Shown here piece by piece: positions 22,880 through 35,204 of a stretch of DNA of 37,903 nucleotides; positions within the stretch are counted from its first letter, which is position 1, and every line of letters starts with the position of its first letter. Origin of the DNA: Octopus bimaculoides. Taxonomy: Eukaryota. The notes beneath the pieces are model-generated. The model saw nothing but the letters and a program-made list of their open reading frames with translations. It did no database searches and was not told the origin of the DNA. The stretch spans positions 68,125,853-68,163,755 of the forward strand of contig NC_068986.1 of NCBI RefSeq assembly GCF_001194135.2. Reading direction: 5' to 3'. The translations under genes and the position numbers were made by a program.

Positions 22880-23451
22880 TATGTATACACATACAAGCAT
22901 CTCAATAAAATCACAAATATACATTCTCTCAAAGCAAACTCTCACGCTCTCTTTTAAAAAAATATTTGAGTATGATTGTAAATGCGTGTGTGCATCCGAG
23001 AAGACGTAAATGTTTATGTACTGTATTGTAATAGTTAGTGATAACGCTTAATTATCGTATTAAATCTATATATGTTACAGATTCTTTGCCCCCATGAATT
23101 TCGCTATCACAGCAGAAATTCAAATAAAATAAGGCACGATTAGGAAAGAGGAGACTATGAGTTGCTCGCTTCACTTATCTGAAACAGAGTTTACTTGAAT
23201 AATAAAAGAGTGTATAGGATTTCAATATAAGAGAAAGGGTTTGTTTGTTTTTGCTTTGTTTTTTTTGTTTTTTGTTTTTTTTGCTGTTGTTTGTTTATCC
23301 AGAAATGTTCTTTAGTTAAAAATGATATAGTCTCTTACAATAGGCTTCCATCTACGAATAGAATAGTAAAATCTATATCGGCACTTGCAACGTTTGTGCT
23401 ACTTCAAAATTGAATTTACAGGATGTACGGGTGGATTTTCGATTTCCATAT

Positions 23452-23842
23452 ACTCTTTTATTTGTTTCAGTCATTTGACTGCTGCCATGCTGGAGCACCG
23501 CCTTTAGTCGAGGAAATCGACCCCAGGACTTATTCTTTGTAAGCCTAGTACTTATTCTATCGAACTCTTTTGCCGAACCGTTAAGTTACGGGGACGTAAA
23601 CACATCACCATCGGTTGTCAAGCGATGTTGGCGGGACAAACACAGACACACACACACATATATATATACACATATATACGACAGGCTTCGTTCAGTTTCC
23701 GTCCACCAAATCCACTCACAAAGCTTTGGTCGGCCGGAGGCTATAGTAGAAGACACTTGGCCAGGTTGCCACGCAGTGGGAATGAACCCGGAACCATGGG
23801 GTTGGTAAGCAAGCTACTTAACACACAGCCACTCCTGCACCT
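23452..23842 (-). mobile_element. SINE family B, full length
   Basis: Minus-strand head GTGGCTGTGTGTTAAGTAGCTTGC..GGTTCCGGGTTCATTCCC, internal (GT/TA)n and a complete 3' tail. Confidence 0.9.
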
Positions 23843-23984
23843 AAGTATTTCATAGTGCATCTAGAAGCTTTTATACTTTTAGTCAAATGCAATGTCTGAA
23901 TTCAAACAAAGTTCAACGGAATTATCAAAGAAAAATTGTATTTCAACTGAAATGAAATCAGTATATTACTTATATTTATTTTGT

Positions 23985-24180
23985 ACAAGGCGGCGAACTT
24001 GCAGAATCGTTAGTATACCGGTCAAAATGCTTAGCGGCATTCCATCTGTCTTTATGCCCTGAGTTCAAATTCCGCTGAGGCCGAAATAAGTGCCAGCTGA
24101 GGTCGGGGGTCGATGCTATCGACTTATCCCCTCCACCGAACTTGCTGGCATTGTGCCAAAATTCGAAACCAGTATTTATT
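23985..24180 (+). mobile_element. SINE family A
   Basis: GGCGGCGAACTTGCAGAATCG..GAGTTCAAATTCC..TGTGCCAAAATTCGAAACC. Confidence 0.85.
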
Positions 24181-24263
24181 TTTACATTATGGAAGAATTG
24201 AACGATACTGGAAGAATTGAAACTATTAACATAGAGGGGAGAGTACTGAAAATGTAAAACTAT

Positions 24264-24476
24264 TGGTTTCAAATTTTGACACAAGGCCAGGCATTTCGAT
24301 GTAGGATGAGTTGATTATATCGACCCTAATGCTCAACTGATACTTATTTTAATGTCTCCGAAAGGATCAAAGGCAAAGTCGACACCGGTGGAATTTGAAC
24401 TCAGAATGTTCAGACGGACGAAATACCGTTAAGCATTTTGCTCGGCGTGCTAACGATTCTGCCAGCTCGCCGACTT
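24264..24476 (-). mobile_element. SINE family A
   Basis: Full head and tail on the minus strand. Confidence 0.85.
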
Positions 24477-24889
24477 AGTGAACTATAAGATATTATCTGC
24501 AGGACTGTAAAGTATTCATTACTTATGACTGCTTTACAATTCTCTCTAGGGAGGGAGTGGGCATCATATGAACTTTGCAGTTTTCCTATTGTGTACATAT
24601 TTTAAATGAGTGCATGCAACCCTACAGTTCCTGGTTCGGTTTACCAACTAAAGTATGGTAGTTTATATTTAATAATATGTTTTTCATACACCTACACGTT
24701 TTTCAAATAACTATACGTTCTAACACTACGCAGACTTTGGAAATTTCTTAGTGCCGTTATTTTGCCGAATCAGTGAATTATTATCACATAAAATGCCATT
24801 GTCATTAGTTATTCTAAGGCCTCAGCAGATATGAGACAGAAACACTTCAGGGTGATCACGGTAGCAAAGATTCATCAGATTCCTACCTA

Positions 24890-25105
24890 ATATGGGCTTC
24901 AAATTCTAGCAAAAGGACAGTAATTTCAGTGTTGGTGTAAGTCGATGATATCTACTCTAGTGACCAACTGGCACTTATTTTATCGATCCTGGTAGGGATA
25001 AAAACCAAAGCCGACTTTGGAGGGATTTGAACTCAGAACGTAAGGCCCTACGAACTTCTGCTAAGCATTTTGCCCGGCATGCTAACGATTCTGCGAGCTT
25101 GCTGC
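24890..25105 (-). mobile_element. SINE family A
   Basis: GATTTGAACTCAGAACGTAAG..GCTAAGCATTTTGCCCGGCATGCTAACGATTCTG. Confidence 0.8.
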
Positions 25106-25149
25106 TTTAGTTTCTTCCCTAATATCTTTTCTATTATATGCACAAGACA

Positions 25150-25295
25150 TGACATTTTGAGGGAGGGGGATAGTCGGTTACATGGACCCCAGTGTGTAAC
25201 TGGTAATTATTTCATCGTCCCGAAAAGTAAAGACGAACGAAATACTGCTAAGCATTTTGTCCGGTGTACTAACGATTCTGCCATCTCGTCGCCTT
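25150..25295 (-). mobile_element. SINE family A (internally deleted)
   Basis: GACCCCAGTG..CTGGT..ATTT then GCTAAGCATTTTG..CTAACGATTCTGCC. Confidence 0.75.
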
Positions 25296-25587
25296 GGTTT
25301 CATGCCCAATATCATCATTTAATTTAAGGTCATTTGGAACTGTGGAAGATTCTTCTTTTCCATTTTGTACTCGCTTTTTATTAATGCTACGATGCAATAA
25401 TTATAGAAGCCGACACCCAGGTATATACTTCCCATACAGAAAATATTCGTTTGAAATTTTTCAATGTCACTGTATGCCTTCGTGATGTATGTATATGTGC
25501 GTATGTGCGTGTGCGTATGTGTGTGCCCACAGACACACACACATGTATTATGGTTCCAATAAATGTCCCTATGAATATAAAATGTTT

Positions 25588-26011
25588 GCGGGCGTAGCTG
25601 TGTGGTAAGAAGCTTGCTTCCCAACCACATGGTTCCGGGTTCAGTCCCACTGTGTGGCACCTTGGGCAAGTGTCTTCTGCTATAGCCTTGGCCCGATCAA
25701 TGCCTTATGAGTGAATTTGGTAAACGGAAACTGAAAGAATTTGGTAAATGGAAACTGAAAGAAGTATGTATGTGTGTGTGTGTATTTACGTGCGTGTGCA
25801 TTTTTGTGTCTATGTTTGTCCGCTTGACAACCGAAGTTTGTGTGTTTACGTCTACGTAATCTAATGGCTCGGTAAAAGAAACCGATGGAATACGTACTAG
25901 ACTTAGAAAGAATAAGTCCTAGGGTAAATCTCTTCCACAAAAGACCCTTTTAACTTGGTGCTCCAGCATGGCCGTAGTCAAATGACTGAAACAAGTAACA
26001 GAATAAAAGAA
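25588..26011 (+). mobile_element. SINE family B, full length
   Basis: GCGTAGCTGTGTGGTAAGAAGCTTGCTTCCCAACCACATGGTTCCGGGTTCAGTCCCAC..CCTTGGGCAAGTG; 24-bp internal tandem duplication at 25715-25762; tail GAATAAAAGAA. Confidence 0.9.
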
Positions 26012-27142
26012 TTTACTTTGTGCATCTAACTGTTAAATTTTCACCCACAATAGAAGCTTTATCATGAGCGTTAAGAAACTTTGGTTAACAAAGGATACTC
26101 AAATATCATAATATATCCGCGCCCTAACCCCACTCAACGACAGACACAATATGTATTACACCCAGTTAAAATGCATTCAGTGCATGAAGAGTATACTACT
26201 TTAGTAATTGAATGAATGAATACTAAAACCTCATAGAAACAGTAAATTTGAATCATTAAAATCTCATTAAAAAAAAATTGATGCTAATTTACTAATTTTT
26301 ATGAGATTTTACTCAAAACTAACAATATATTACAAAGTACTAGAATTGAAGCCGTCATTTGATAAACTACAAGCGAGAACAAACTTCAACAAGGAATATA
26401 AACGCTATGTGTAGTAGAACATGTAAACAAACAATTTGTATACACCATATGTCCATGTATTTCGATTTGGAATTGTAATCAGAAACTGTCTAATTCATCA
26501 ACCTATCCATATTCACACTTTTTCCAAAACTATTGGGGGTTAAAATAAACTGGACGAACCAATTTGCTTATTTTAATACTTTTCTAAGCAACAACATCAA
26601 ACATTAAATTGTGTCTGTGCCATTTCCTTCCAATGCTATAATGTATTTGTCTATAGTATACTATCGCTAACACTATATAACGAATATATTATACAAATTT
26701 CACTGTAAACATATGTTATAAACTTTGGCGTCAACTGTTACATACACAAGTATGACACATTCTTATCGATTAACTATGCATTTAAAACAAGAAGCCATTA
26801 TAGCACATTTATAATACTGGACACGAAAAACAAAACTAGATAAGAAAATATTAGTTGACGACACTTCTATCTTTCATAAAATTACACAAAGAAACTAGGA
26901 AAGCAAACTAAAAAGCCAATATAAAAATACAGAACATGAAAAATGCTATAAGATAAACAGGAGTTAAATGCTGATTTTAAATCTGATTATGGGTGAATGT
27001 ATGTATGTATATGTATATATATGTGCGTGTGTGTGTGTGTGCGTGCGTGCGCATATGCATATATGTGTGTATATGTATGTACGTATTGATGTATGCTTGC
27101 ACACATGTATGTATACATATAAATAGGTATTTATATGTGAGG

Positions 27143-27430
27143 GTGCATGGCCTAGTGGTTAGGGTGTTGCACTCACAAACGGGAGATTATGATTTCAAAT
27201 CCTGGACCGGGTTGTGCGTTGTGTTCTTGAGCGGAAACACTTCGTCTCACGTTGCTCTGCGACCACTTCGACACCTGACGTGAGTTATAGCTGCACCTGT
27301 TCATGGAGGATGGGAGCTAATTGTACTGCACATACATTTGATCACAACAAACAAATCATTTGTGCAGGTTGTTCAGCAAGATATCGTAGGACCGTCTTTC
27401 TCGGACTAGCAGAGACTACAGGGTGATCAT
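27143..27430 (+). mobile_element. tRNA-derived SINE, family C
   Basis: A box TGGCCTAGTGG and B-box-like GATTTCAAATCC, then CGTTGTGTTCTTGAGCGGAAACACTT. The 3' boundary is approximate. Confidence 0.7.
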
Positions 27431-28407
27431 GAATCGAATGCATTGCATTATACGCCTTACTCAGCGTGATCTACCGTAAGAAATTTTCCATGTATCCTCC
27501 TGTGCTGCAACTGAACACATTATCAGTGATGTCTCCTGAGTTTATTAAACGTTTCGAGTGAGCAACAACATCTAAATTAGGTCAGATTGTTAAAGATCTA
27601 ATAGTTCCAGTCGCCGCTTATATCTGTTACTGACATCTGTTTTGGCTAGAATGCGTTCATGCAAATTATTGTGCACGTGTGTTTTACTCAACGTATATTC
27701 GTGTTACTATATGTCTATATAAAGATGTTCATGCGATTGATTTAAGATTTAATTGCTACATTTTGCACGAGATGTTTATTTGTTAGCGCCCTTTTGTTCA
27801 GACTCATAAAATCATCGATAAAATGATAAATTAATTCCGACCCTTTCCTGATCTGATCCGTTGAAATTTGCATAGTTTTAGTGTATGCGCAAAGAACAAA
27901 GCGTCCCTACCGTTTATTTCTGTCGGTCACAAATTTTTCGTTACTTAGAATTTTTTTTTATATCCCGTCAGTTTCATTTTAATGGGATTATTTTTGTTCG
28001 ACATAATATAGAATTACAGTTAGTTTCCCTCTATTTCTTTTTACATATAATTATTCATCATGCACCTTTGTTGCTTATTTTTATCAGTTCCGTGATATGC
28101 GTTTCACTTTGCCAATGACTCTGCTTTTATAACTTTCTCTAATTTTAGAGAAAAACCAACCGAATACACAACACCTTTACTTTCGATGTAGAAAAGCTTT
28201 TCGCAAACACCAAACAGAGGGTTATAGTTCAAAGAGAAATTTAATCGGTGACGAGTTTAATTGGTAAATTATGAGCCTGAGAACATTTTTCAAAGTTCCT
28301 CTTCATTTGTGTAGAATAGTTAGAGTACACAACACGTCCATCAGCCGAATTCGGTGATATTCTTGTGGAAAAAAAAATCGATCATGCAGGTAATAATTCT
28401 ACTTTGG

Positions 28408-28810
28408 GAAGACAGCGAGCTGGCGGAATCATTACCACGCCAGGCGAAATGCTTAGCGGCATTTCGTCCATCTTTACGTTCTCAGCTCAAATTCCACCGA
28501 GGTTGACTTTACCTTCCACCCTTTCGGAGTCATAAAATAAGTACCAGCTACGTACTGGGGTTAATGTAATCGACTAGCACCTTTCCTCAAAATTGCTGGC
28601 CTTGTACCAAAATTTGATACTAATATTTCTACTTTGGACAAAAGGGCGAGCTGGCAGTATCGTTACCGCACCGGGCAAAATGCTTAACAGCATTTCGTCA
28701 GTCTTTACGTTCTGAGTTGAAAATTCTGCTGAGGTTGAGCACTGGGGTCAATGTAACTGATTTACCCGCTCCCCTGAACTTGCTGGGCTTGTGCCAAAAT
28801 TTGAAACTAT
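28408..28810 (+). mobile_element. Two head-to-tail SINE A copies (28408-28620 and 28641-28810)
   Basis: Two GCGAGCTGGC.G.ATC heads. A 17-bp direct repeat (16/17) sits at 28391-28407 and 28621-28637. Confidence 0.85.
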
Positions 28811-28928
28811 TATTACTATTTTGAACATAGAAGTCTTATTGTTGATTGGTCTGTGATGTTGTGTTGTGTTCTTCTCTGTGGATGTTTGAGAGTGGATGTG
28901 TGTGTGAGCGTGAATGTGCGCGCGAGCG

Positions 28929-28977
<49 letters not shown>

Positions 28978-30789
28978 TTATACGCGGATTAGAAAGCATT
29001 TCCACTTTTTACTCTTCCTTGAACGTGATACGTGTCTCATATGTTTTCCACATCTTCGAATATTAAGTGTAATTAAATATCGCATTCTGCACATGTGCTA
29101 TATATACCTACGAGTACATGAATCTAGAGATGTTAATGCCAGAGAGCAAAATAGGCGTGATTCTAAGTATATGTTTACATATATTAGCACTTGTTCGCCT
29201 GCGTATATGTGTATGTTCTAATATATCTTGAAGTGTTTAAAGTATCAAACGTTATTTTGTCATTTATAGAGGAGAATTAAGATTTAATCAGATAAGCATT
29301 CTATATAGACAGCTTAATATTTCCTAGCTCCAACATTGGGTGTAACTAGTCTATCTCATGACTTCTTGTCATAAAGGAAATCAACTGATTAATATTCAAT
29401 AAATAGTTTTAAAGGACCACATGAAAGTATTTAACATTTCAGGAAATCCCCGTTTTCTTGTTTCTTCTCATTATTTCGTACTTCTGAGATTTAATTTTTT
29501 CTTTTTTTTTTTTCCTTTGGTTTCATTTTCATCGTTCTGTTGCTTCCTTCTCTTCATATTTTGTCTACCTCCCTAATCTCAATTTCTCAACACGTCAACG
29601 CAAAACATGCTCAGTCCCATAAGCTAACATGAAAGGGAGTTCTAAAGGGTCACCCAAGCAGCTAGACATAGCAGCCAGGACTCTATTGTGTTCTACACAA
29701 CCATCTTCAAAAGGCAAAATAAGAAACAACGAAAAGAAAAAGAGAATTCATTGAGTAAAGTAGATTTAAATACTGTGTCTGAAAAAATGTCGAGATAGTC
29801 GCCGCTGAAAACTTTCATTTTAAGATAGCTTAGTAAAAGTTATCCAGTGGTTTAAAAAAAGAAATCTATCTCATGTTATTCATTTTATTTTACAAAAGTG
29901 TACATTTTTGTAATTGTTTCTTTTTTGTTCTAACGTTTTCCATTCATCCATTAATGTTGTCTCTCAAATTGCTAAACATTCCTCTTATCTTGTTTCAAAT
30001 TTCCATCATTTCGATTGTCATATTAATACAAACTTTAGTTAAAAACCATCAAAGGTAGAATCATGCCAGTATGACATGCTTATGTACGAATATATATAGT
30101 ATTTATACAGACAGACAGATCCACAAACACACATACACACACACACACAAATATATATTTAGAGAGAGAGAGATGGATGTGAATATGCTTTCTGACATCC
30201 GCAAATATCTTGTTTCTTCAATTCTATAACTAGGAATGTTCGTCTCTAACTCAGGGTCAACATCCAGTGTCTCAGAATCTGCTACGTCTCTGAAACTTGT
30301 GTAAAATGAACACGTATTGTCTAAAGGGAGTTCTTCTCCGAAGATCTAAGACATATTTATGTTCAAATATATCGGAATGTGTTAAAATCAATAAACACAT
30401 CATTGCTTCAATATTTGCTGTTTTGCGTGCTAATAATAATGCAATATAGATACATATAAACATATGTGTATGTCTATGTATCTATATATGTATATGTATA
30501 TTATATATATATATATATATGAATTTATATATATATACATATATATATATACATACATACATACAGACATACATACATACATAAATACATACATACATAC
30601 ATACATGAAGGGACTGTGAGTGTGTTCGTGCCTTTATGTCTGTATATGTGTACGCGTGTGTTTCTGTGTCGTAACCATGCAATCATGAACCTCACGATGT
30701 AGGCGAGGTGTTTATTCAGTGTAAGTACCCTAAAGCCAATTAGAGGATAGTCGATGTTATAAGCATTATTTGTATTAACTGTCCCTACA

Positions 30790-30960
30790 CACAATAACTC
30801 CTCGCCGCTCAATCTTCCTCTTATCATACAAGAAAAGGCTGTCCCACGCTCACAATTTCTTCGACTCTGTCGATTATGCATTACAGAGCCGGATTTTCTT
30901 TCCTATCTGAATATTGTACCATGTTAGATTGCAGATGTTCAAAGGACCGCCGGAAAGAAT
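30790..30960 (+). mobile_element. PLE reverse-transcriptase thumb remnant
   Basis: KAVPRSQFLRLCRLCITEPDF (30835-30897) matches the PLE motif SIPYSQFLRLRRICS...DF. A stop follows. Confidence 0.65.
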
Positions 30961-31716
30961 CTAGATCAGAGCCGGTGGGACGTGGGGAGGAGTTGTAAAG
31001 TGAACCTCGTAACCAGATAACCGTGGGAGCTTCAGTAAGTATCCAACTAGTGGAATCTAGGATCCAGTTTCAATAACCAGCTAAAAATCATTTTACTTCT
31101 GATATTTTGGGAAAGCATGATCATCCCATCACTCCAGTTGTCTTCTGTAACTATAGAACACTAATCTCAATCAAAAGATCCCTCTTTGTCTTTTCTTAAT
31201 TTTCTTCTCTCTCCTCCCTCTCTCTTGCTATCTCTTATTCTCTCTACCCTCTTTTCTCTCTTATTCTCGTTCCCTTGCTTACTCTTCTTCAGAAATTTAA
31301 CGTTTTAACTCATCAGCTTCAGATTATCGCTTTAGTTTATATTTGTCAGGTATATCACACGATTTTATAGACCACCTACCACAGTATTCCCATTCAATGC
31401 CAATCTCATTACTAAAACATTAATTCAAAAGTATCTTTAGTCCTATTTTTTAGATTTTGGTTTGAAAATGGAGTGGAAATTTCCTACAATAGATTTACGC
31501 ACTACGGGTCACTATGCCATCACTTGAAGGGTATAAAATGTATGTAAATAAAAGCGCTATAAAGCAGATGCAAACATTTTCTAAAGACAGTTTGGGAGCA
31601 AAGATGACAGCTGTTCTTAGAGCTTGCGTATGAAGTTCGGCTTAGAGATGAATATGTGAGTCTGCTGTTACGTGTATATGAATGTATGCCTTTAATACTG
31701 TGTGTGTAAATATATG

Positions 31717-31719
<3 letters not shown>

Positions 31720-31797
<78 letters not shown>
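31720..31797. repeat. (CT)n microsatellite
   Basis: Direct read. Confidence 0.95.
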
Positions 31798-31801
<4 letters not shown>

Positions 31802-32161
31802 TTCTCTCTCCCTCCCTCACCCTCTCTCTCTCTCTTATTCTCTCTCTTGTAGGAATGGATGGATGTTTGTAAGTTTTATACTGAGCTACGAATGCGTATA
31901 ACGTAATCGCTTTATGTCGAAGGCATCTTTTACTGATCGTTTCATATGGTTATGGTGTGTGTGTGTGTGTGTGTTTATGTATGTGTATGTATGTGTGTGT
32001 GTGTTTATGTGTGCGTGTGTGTGTGTGTGTGCGTTTATATATCAGACCAATGGATACATATGTGTGTGTATGTGTGTGTGTATGTGTGTGTGCCTGTGCA
32101 TCTATATCTCAGACCAGTGGATACATATGTGTATGTGCGTGTGTGTGCGGAGGTACTTATG

Positions 32162-32192
<31 letters not shown>

Positions 32193-32427
32193 ACGCATAC
32201 ACACAAACACGCAAATATCCATAAGTAACGAAGTAGAAAGTGAGAAGGGTATATGTATGTTGTAGTTCTTTGTGTTTGGGTATGTATGCGTATTATAGAA
32301 GTTTGTACCCCATGAACGGAAGGATGGATGTAATACGTACCAAGGATATCAAGGGTATGTTTTACCCAGAGGTTTGCATACGACTTATTGAAGTTTTTCT
32401 AATCTTTAAAAAGAACTCTTATCAATG

Positions 32428-32642
32428 TTAGTTTCAAATTTTGACACAAGGCCTGCAATTTGGGGGCGGGATAAGTCGATTACATCGACCCCAATGCTCA
32501 ACTGGTACTTATTTTATCAACCCCAAAAGGATGAAAGACAAAGCTGACCTCGGCGGAATTTGAATTCAGAACGTAAAGACGGACGAAATGCTGCTTAGCA
32601 TTTAACTCGGTATGCTAACGATCTCGCCTGCACGCCGCCTTT
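32428..32642 (-). mobile_element. SINE family A
   Basis: Full head and tail motifs. Confidence 0.85.
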
Positions 32643-33509
32643 AATATTCAGTGTCAACTGTTAAGACCACTTAACTTGAAATTCTCCTTTCAGACATATA
32701 TATTCGGTTATATCCCTACCCATATACAGAAATATACATGTACGTGCATATACACACAAAAAGCACACGCACACATCAATTTTAAAACCTCACATGTGGA
32801 AGAAATTATAAATTTCGCATATGTTCTTCAATGAAATTGAAATTCGTTTATCTAGCATATCATCTATCATATATGTCTATATCTTCAGGAAGAAGAAATA
32901 AGTCTAAGACATTTTCCTTGGAGACACCCACTATTAAGAAACCCAAGATATAAAATGAAAGTAAACCAGACTGGTCAGAGACATAGCAAATATCAAGCAG
33001 AATGAGTCACAGATTTTTTCTCTTTTTCTTGTGACAAGGGTAGTGGAGGAGGGTAAATATGAAATCATGCCTTAAGCGTGTTTCTATAGTCAGTGCGGAA
33101 ATTTACGATTTCTGCAGACCGTAAGAGTAAATTTATAACATAACATCAATGTAGTAGCGATGTGTTGATAGGCAGATAAACAAAGTTAATTATTGTAACT
33201 GAGTGCTACTTTTCCCACGCAATTTTTTGATGTAACATATAAGTCATTCTTAACTACAAATGAATGTAGACATATAATCAAAAATCCTTTCATTTTGAAA
33301 GTTCTAAGCTGAGTAGATTAGCGTTCGAATTTCCGAATCAAACAATAATTTCTTTCTTTTATTCTCTTACAGTTTTCCTCGAACTGATGAGGTACCACTT
33401 TCTAGAATATAATCGTATGCAACTGATAAGCAAGATCGTTCATCAAGCAGCTACAATTTATAGAAATGCATAATAAACGCATTGCCCAATATTAATATAA
33501 GGCAAAACG

Positions 33510-33728
33510 AAGGTGATGAGCTGGTAGAATCGTTAGCACGCTGCGGAAAATGCTAAGCGGCATTTTGTCCGACATTATGTTCTGAGTTCAAATTCCGTTG
33601 CTATCAGCTTTGCCTTTCATCCTTTCGGGGTCGATAAAGTAAGTACAAGTTGACTACTGTGGTCGCTGTAATCGACTTAACCCCTCCCACGAAATTGCTG
33701 GCCTTGTGCCATAGTTTAAAACCAATAT
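33510..33728 (+). mobile_element. SINE family A
   Basis: GAGCTGGTAGAATCGTTAGCACG..GAGTTCAAATTCC..GGGGTCGATAAAGTAAGTAC. Confidence 0.85.
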
Positions 33729-33844
33729 TATGTAAATTATTGGATGCCGTAGTACACTGCTGTTTACAATGCGCTTCTTCGCGTCGTTTTAGCATGGGAA
33801 TGATGCCACCTTGCTGGCTAGGCGGGCAAGCCAACACTCGCCCT

Positions 33845-33965
33845 GAACGAAGCGCCAGTCCGTGGCAGCTTTACACATTAGCAGCTGAGTAGGCTGAAGT
33901 AACGTGAAATGAAGTGTTTTGGTAAAGAACACAACCCACTGCTGGTCTGGGAATCGAAGCACTCT
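33845..33965 (-). mobile_element. SINE family C-like 5' fragment
   Basis: Minus strand reads CTTCGATTCCCAGACC..GTTGTGTTCTTTACCAAAACACTT, like 1197-1243. Confidence 0.5.
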
Positions 33966-34054
33966 CATGTAAATGCATTAAACAATATCTTATAACAAAG
34001 GAATAATTTAAATGGAAGCCTTTATGTACTTTTACGGTGTAAGAATTTTTTACT

Positions 34055-34190
34055 ACTCTAGGCACAAAGTCCCGGAATATTGGGGGAGGGAGACAGTCGA
34101 TTAGATCGACCCCAGTACGTTACTGGTACTTAATTTTATCAACCCCGAAAAGATGAAAAGCAAAGTCGACCTCGATGGAATTTGAACTCA
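34055..34190 (-). mobile_element. SINE family A, 3' part
   Basis: GATCGACCCCAGTACG..CTGGTACTTAATTTTATC..GGAATTTGAACTCAG. Confidence 0.8.
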
Positions 34191-34877
34191 GTTACGGTGT
34201 AAGAATTATTGCTTGAAGTAATAATTTATTGAGTAAATTCCAAACAGGAAAACAAAACCTAACGAATGCTTGCATTTTAAAACAATATTCGGTTACGAAA
34301 ACTCTAAATAAACTTGCGTTAACGAAATCTATTCCAAAACTTTTTGGTCGTGTCTTGACAACCTGTTTCATCCCTAGTCTTCCTCCTTGGAAATTAAGCA
34401 CTAAATTGAAACGATGAAAGCTAGATGATGCCATTATGCGTGTATGTGTGTGTNNNNNNNNNNGGGGGGTAAAGTGAAACAGCAACAGCTACGCAATTGA
34501 TGGATGATGGGTGAGAACTTTAACTGCCAAATATCAGCTCGTAAATCAGATAGGCCGTGTCAAGACAGCTGTTAGCATGAGTAGTAATTTATAACCCACT
34601 ACTTCAGGATAATTTAGCCACTTTGATTCATTGTTTTTTTTTTCTTTTTTCTAGACTGTAAAGTGAACAAAGTATACGTAATGGAAAGTAACGTTTAATA
34701 ATACTAAATTACTCGATTAAATCTTTACTCAGATATTCTAGTGAACGATTTTGTGAATAAGTAATAGTTAGGAATTTATGAATAGCTTCAGGCTGGTTGG
34801 CAATTTAAAACGCAGAGAGGAATGACAAATGTTGAAATCATGAATGTGTTCATTACATATTACAAAATTATATCAGT

Positions 34878-34908
<31 letters not shown>

Positions 34909-35116
34909 NNNNNNNNNNNNNNNNNNNNNNNNNNNNNNNNNNNNNNNNNNNNNNNNNNNNNNNNNNNNNNNNNNNNNNNNNNNNNNNNNNNNNNNNNNNN
35001 NNNNNNNNNNNNNNNNNNNNNNNNNNNNNNNNNNNNNNNNNNNNNNNNNNNNNNNNNNNNNNNNNNNNNNNNNNNNNNNATATATAATCAAATAAGCAAC
35101 AGGATATCAAAAGGTG

Positions 35117-35204
35117 ATGCAGTACGACTGTTTCAAGCGGCTCTATTTAATTGAACAATCCAATCGTTACATCAATTTAAATGCAGGGCTATCCTCAGCT
35201 GCAT
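35117..35204 (-). ncRNA. Type I hammerhead ribozyme motif (GUA triplet intact; U-U at the base of stem II)
   Basis: ATGCAG-CTGAGGA-TAGC..GCTT-GAAA-C-AGTC-G-TA-CTGCAT. Predicted cut between 35123 and 35122. Confidence 0.75.

Noticed and set aside
26500-26660. PKLLGVKIN as an RT thumb motif
   Set aside because: Isolated match in very AT-rich DNA, compatible with chance.
16850-27200. tRNA genes at A/B-box motifs
   Set aside because: The boxes continue into SINE bodies and do not form complete cloverleaves.
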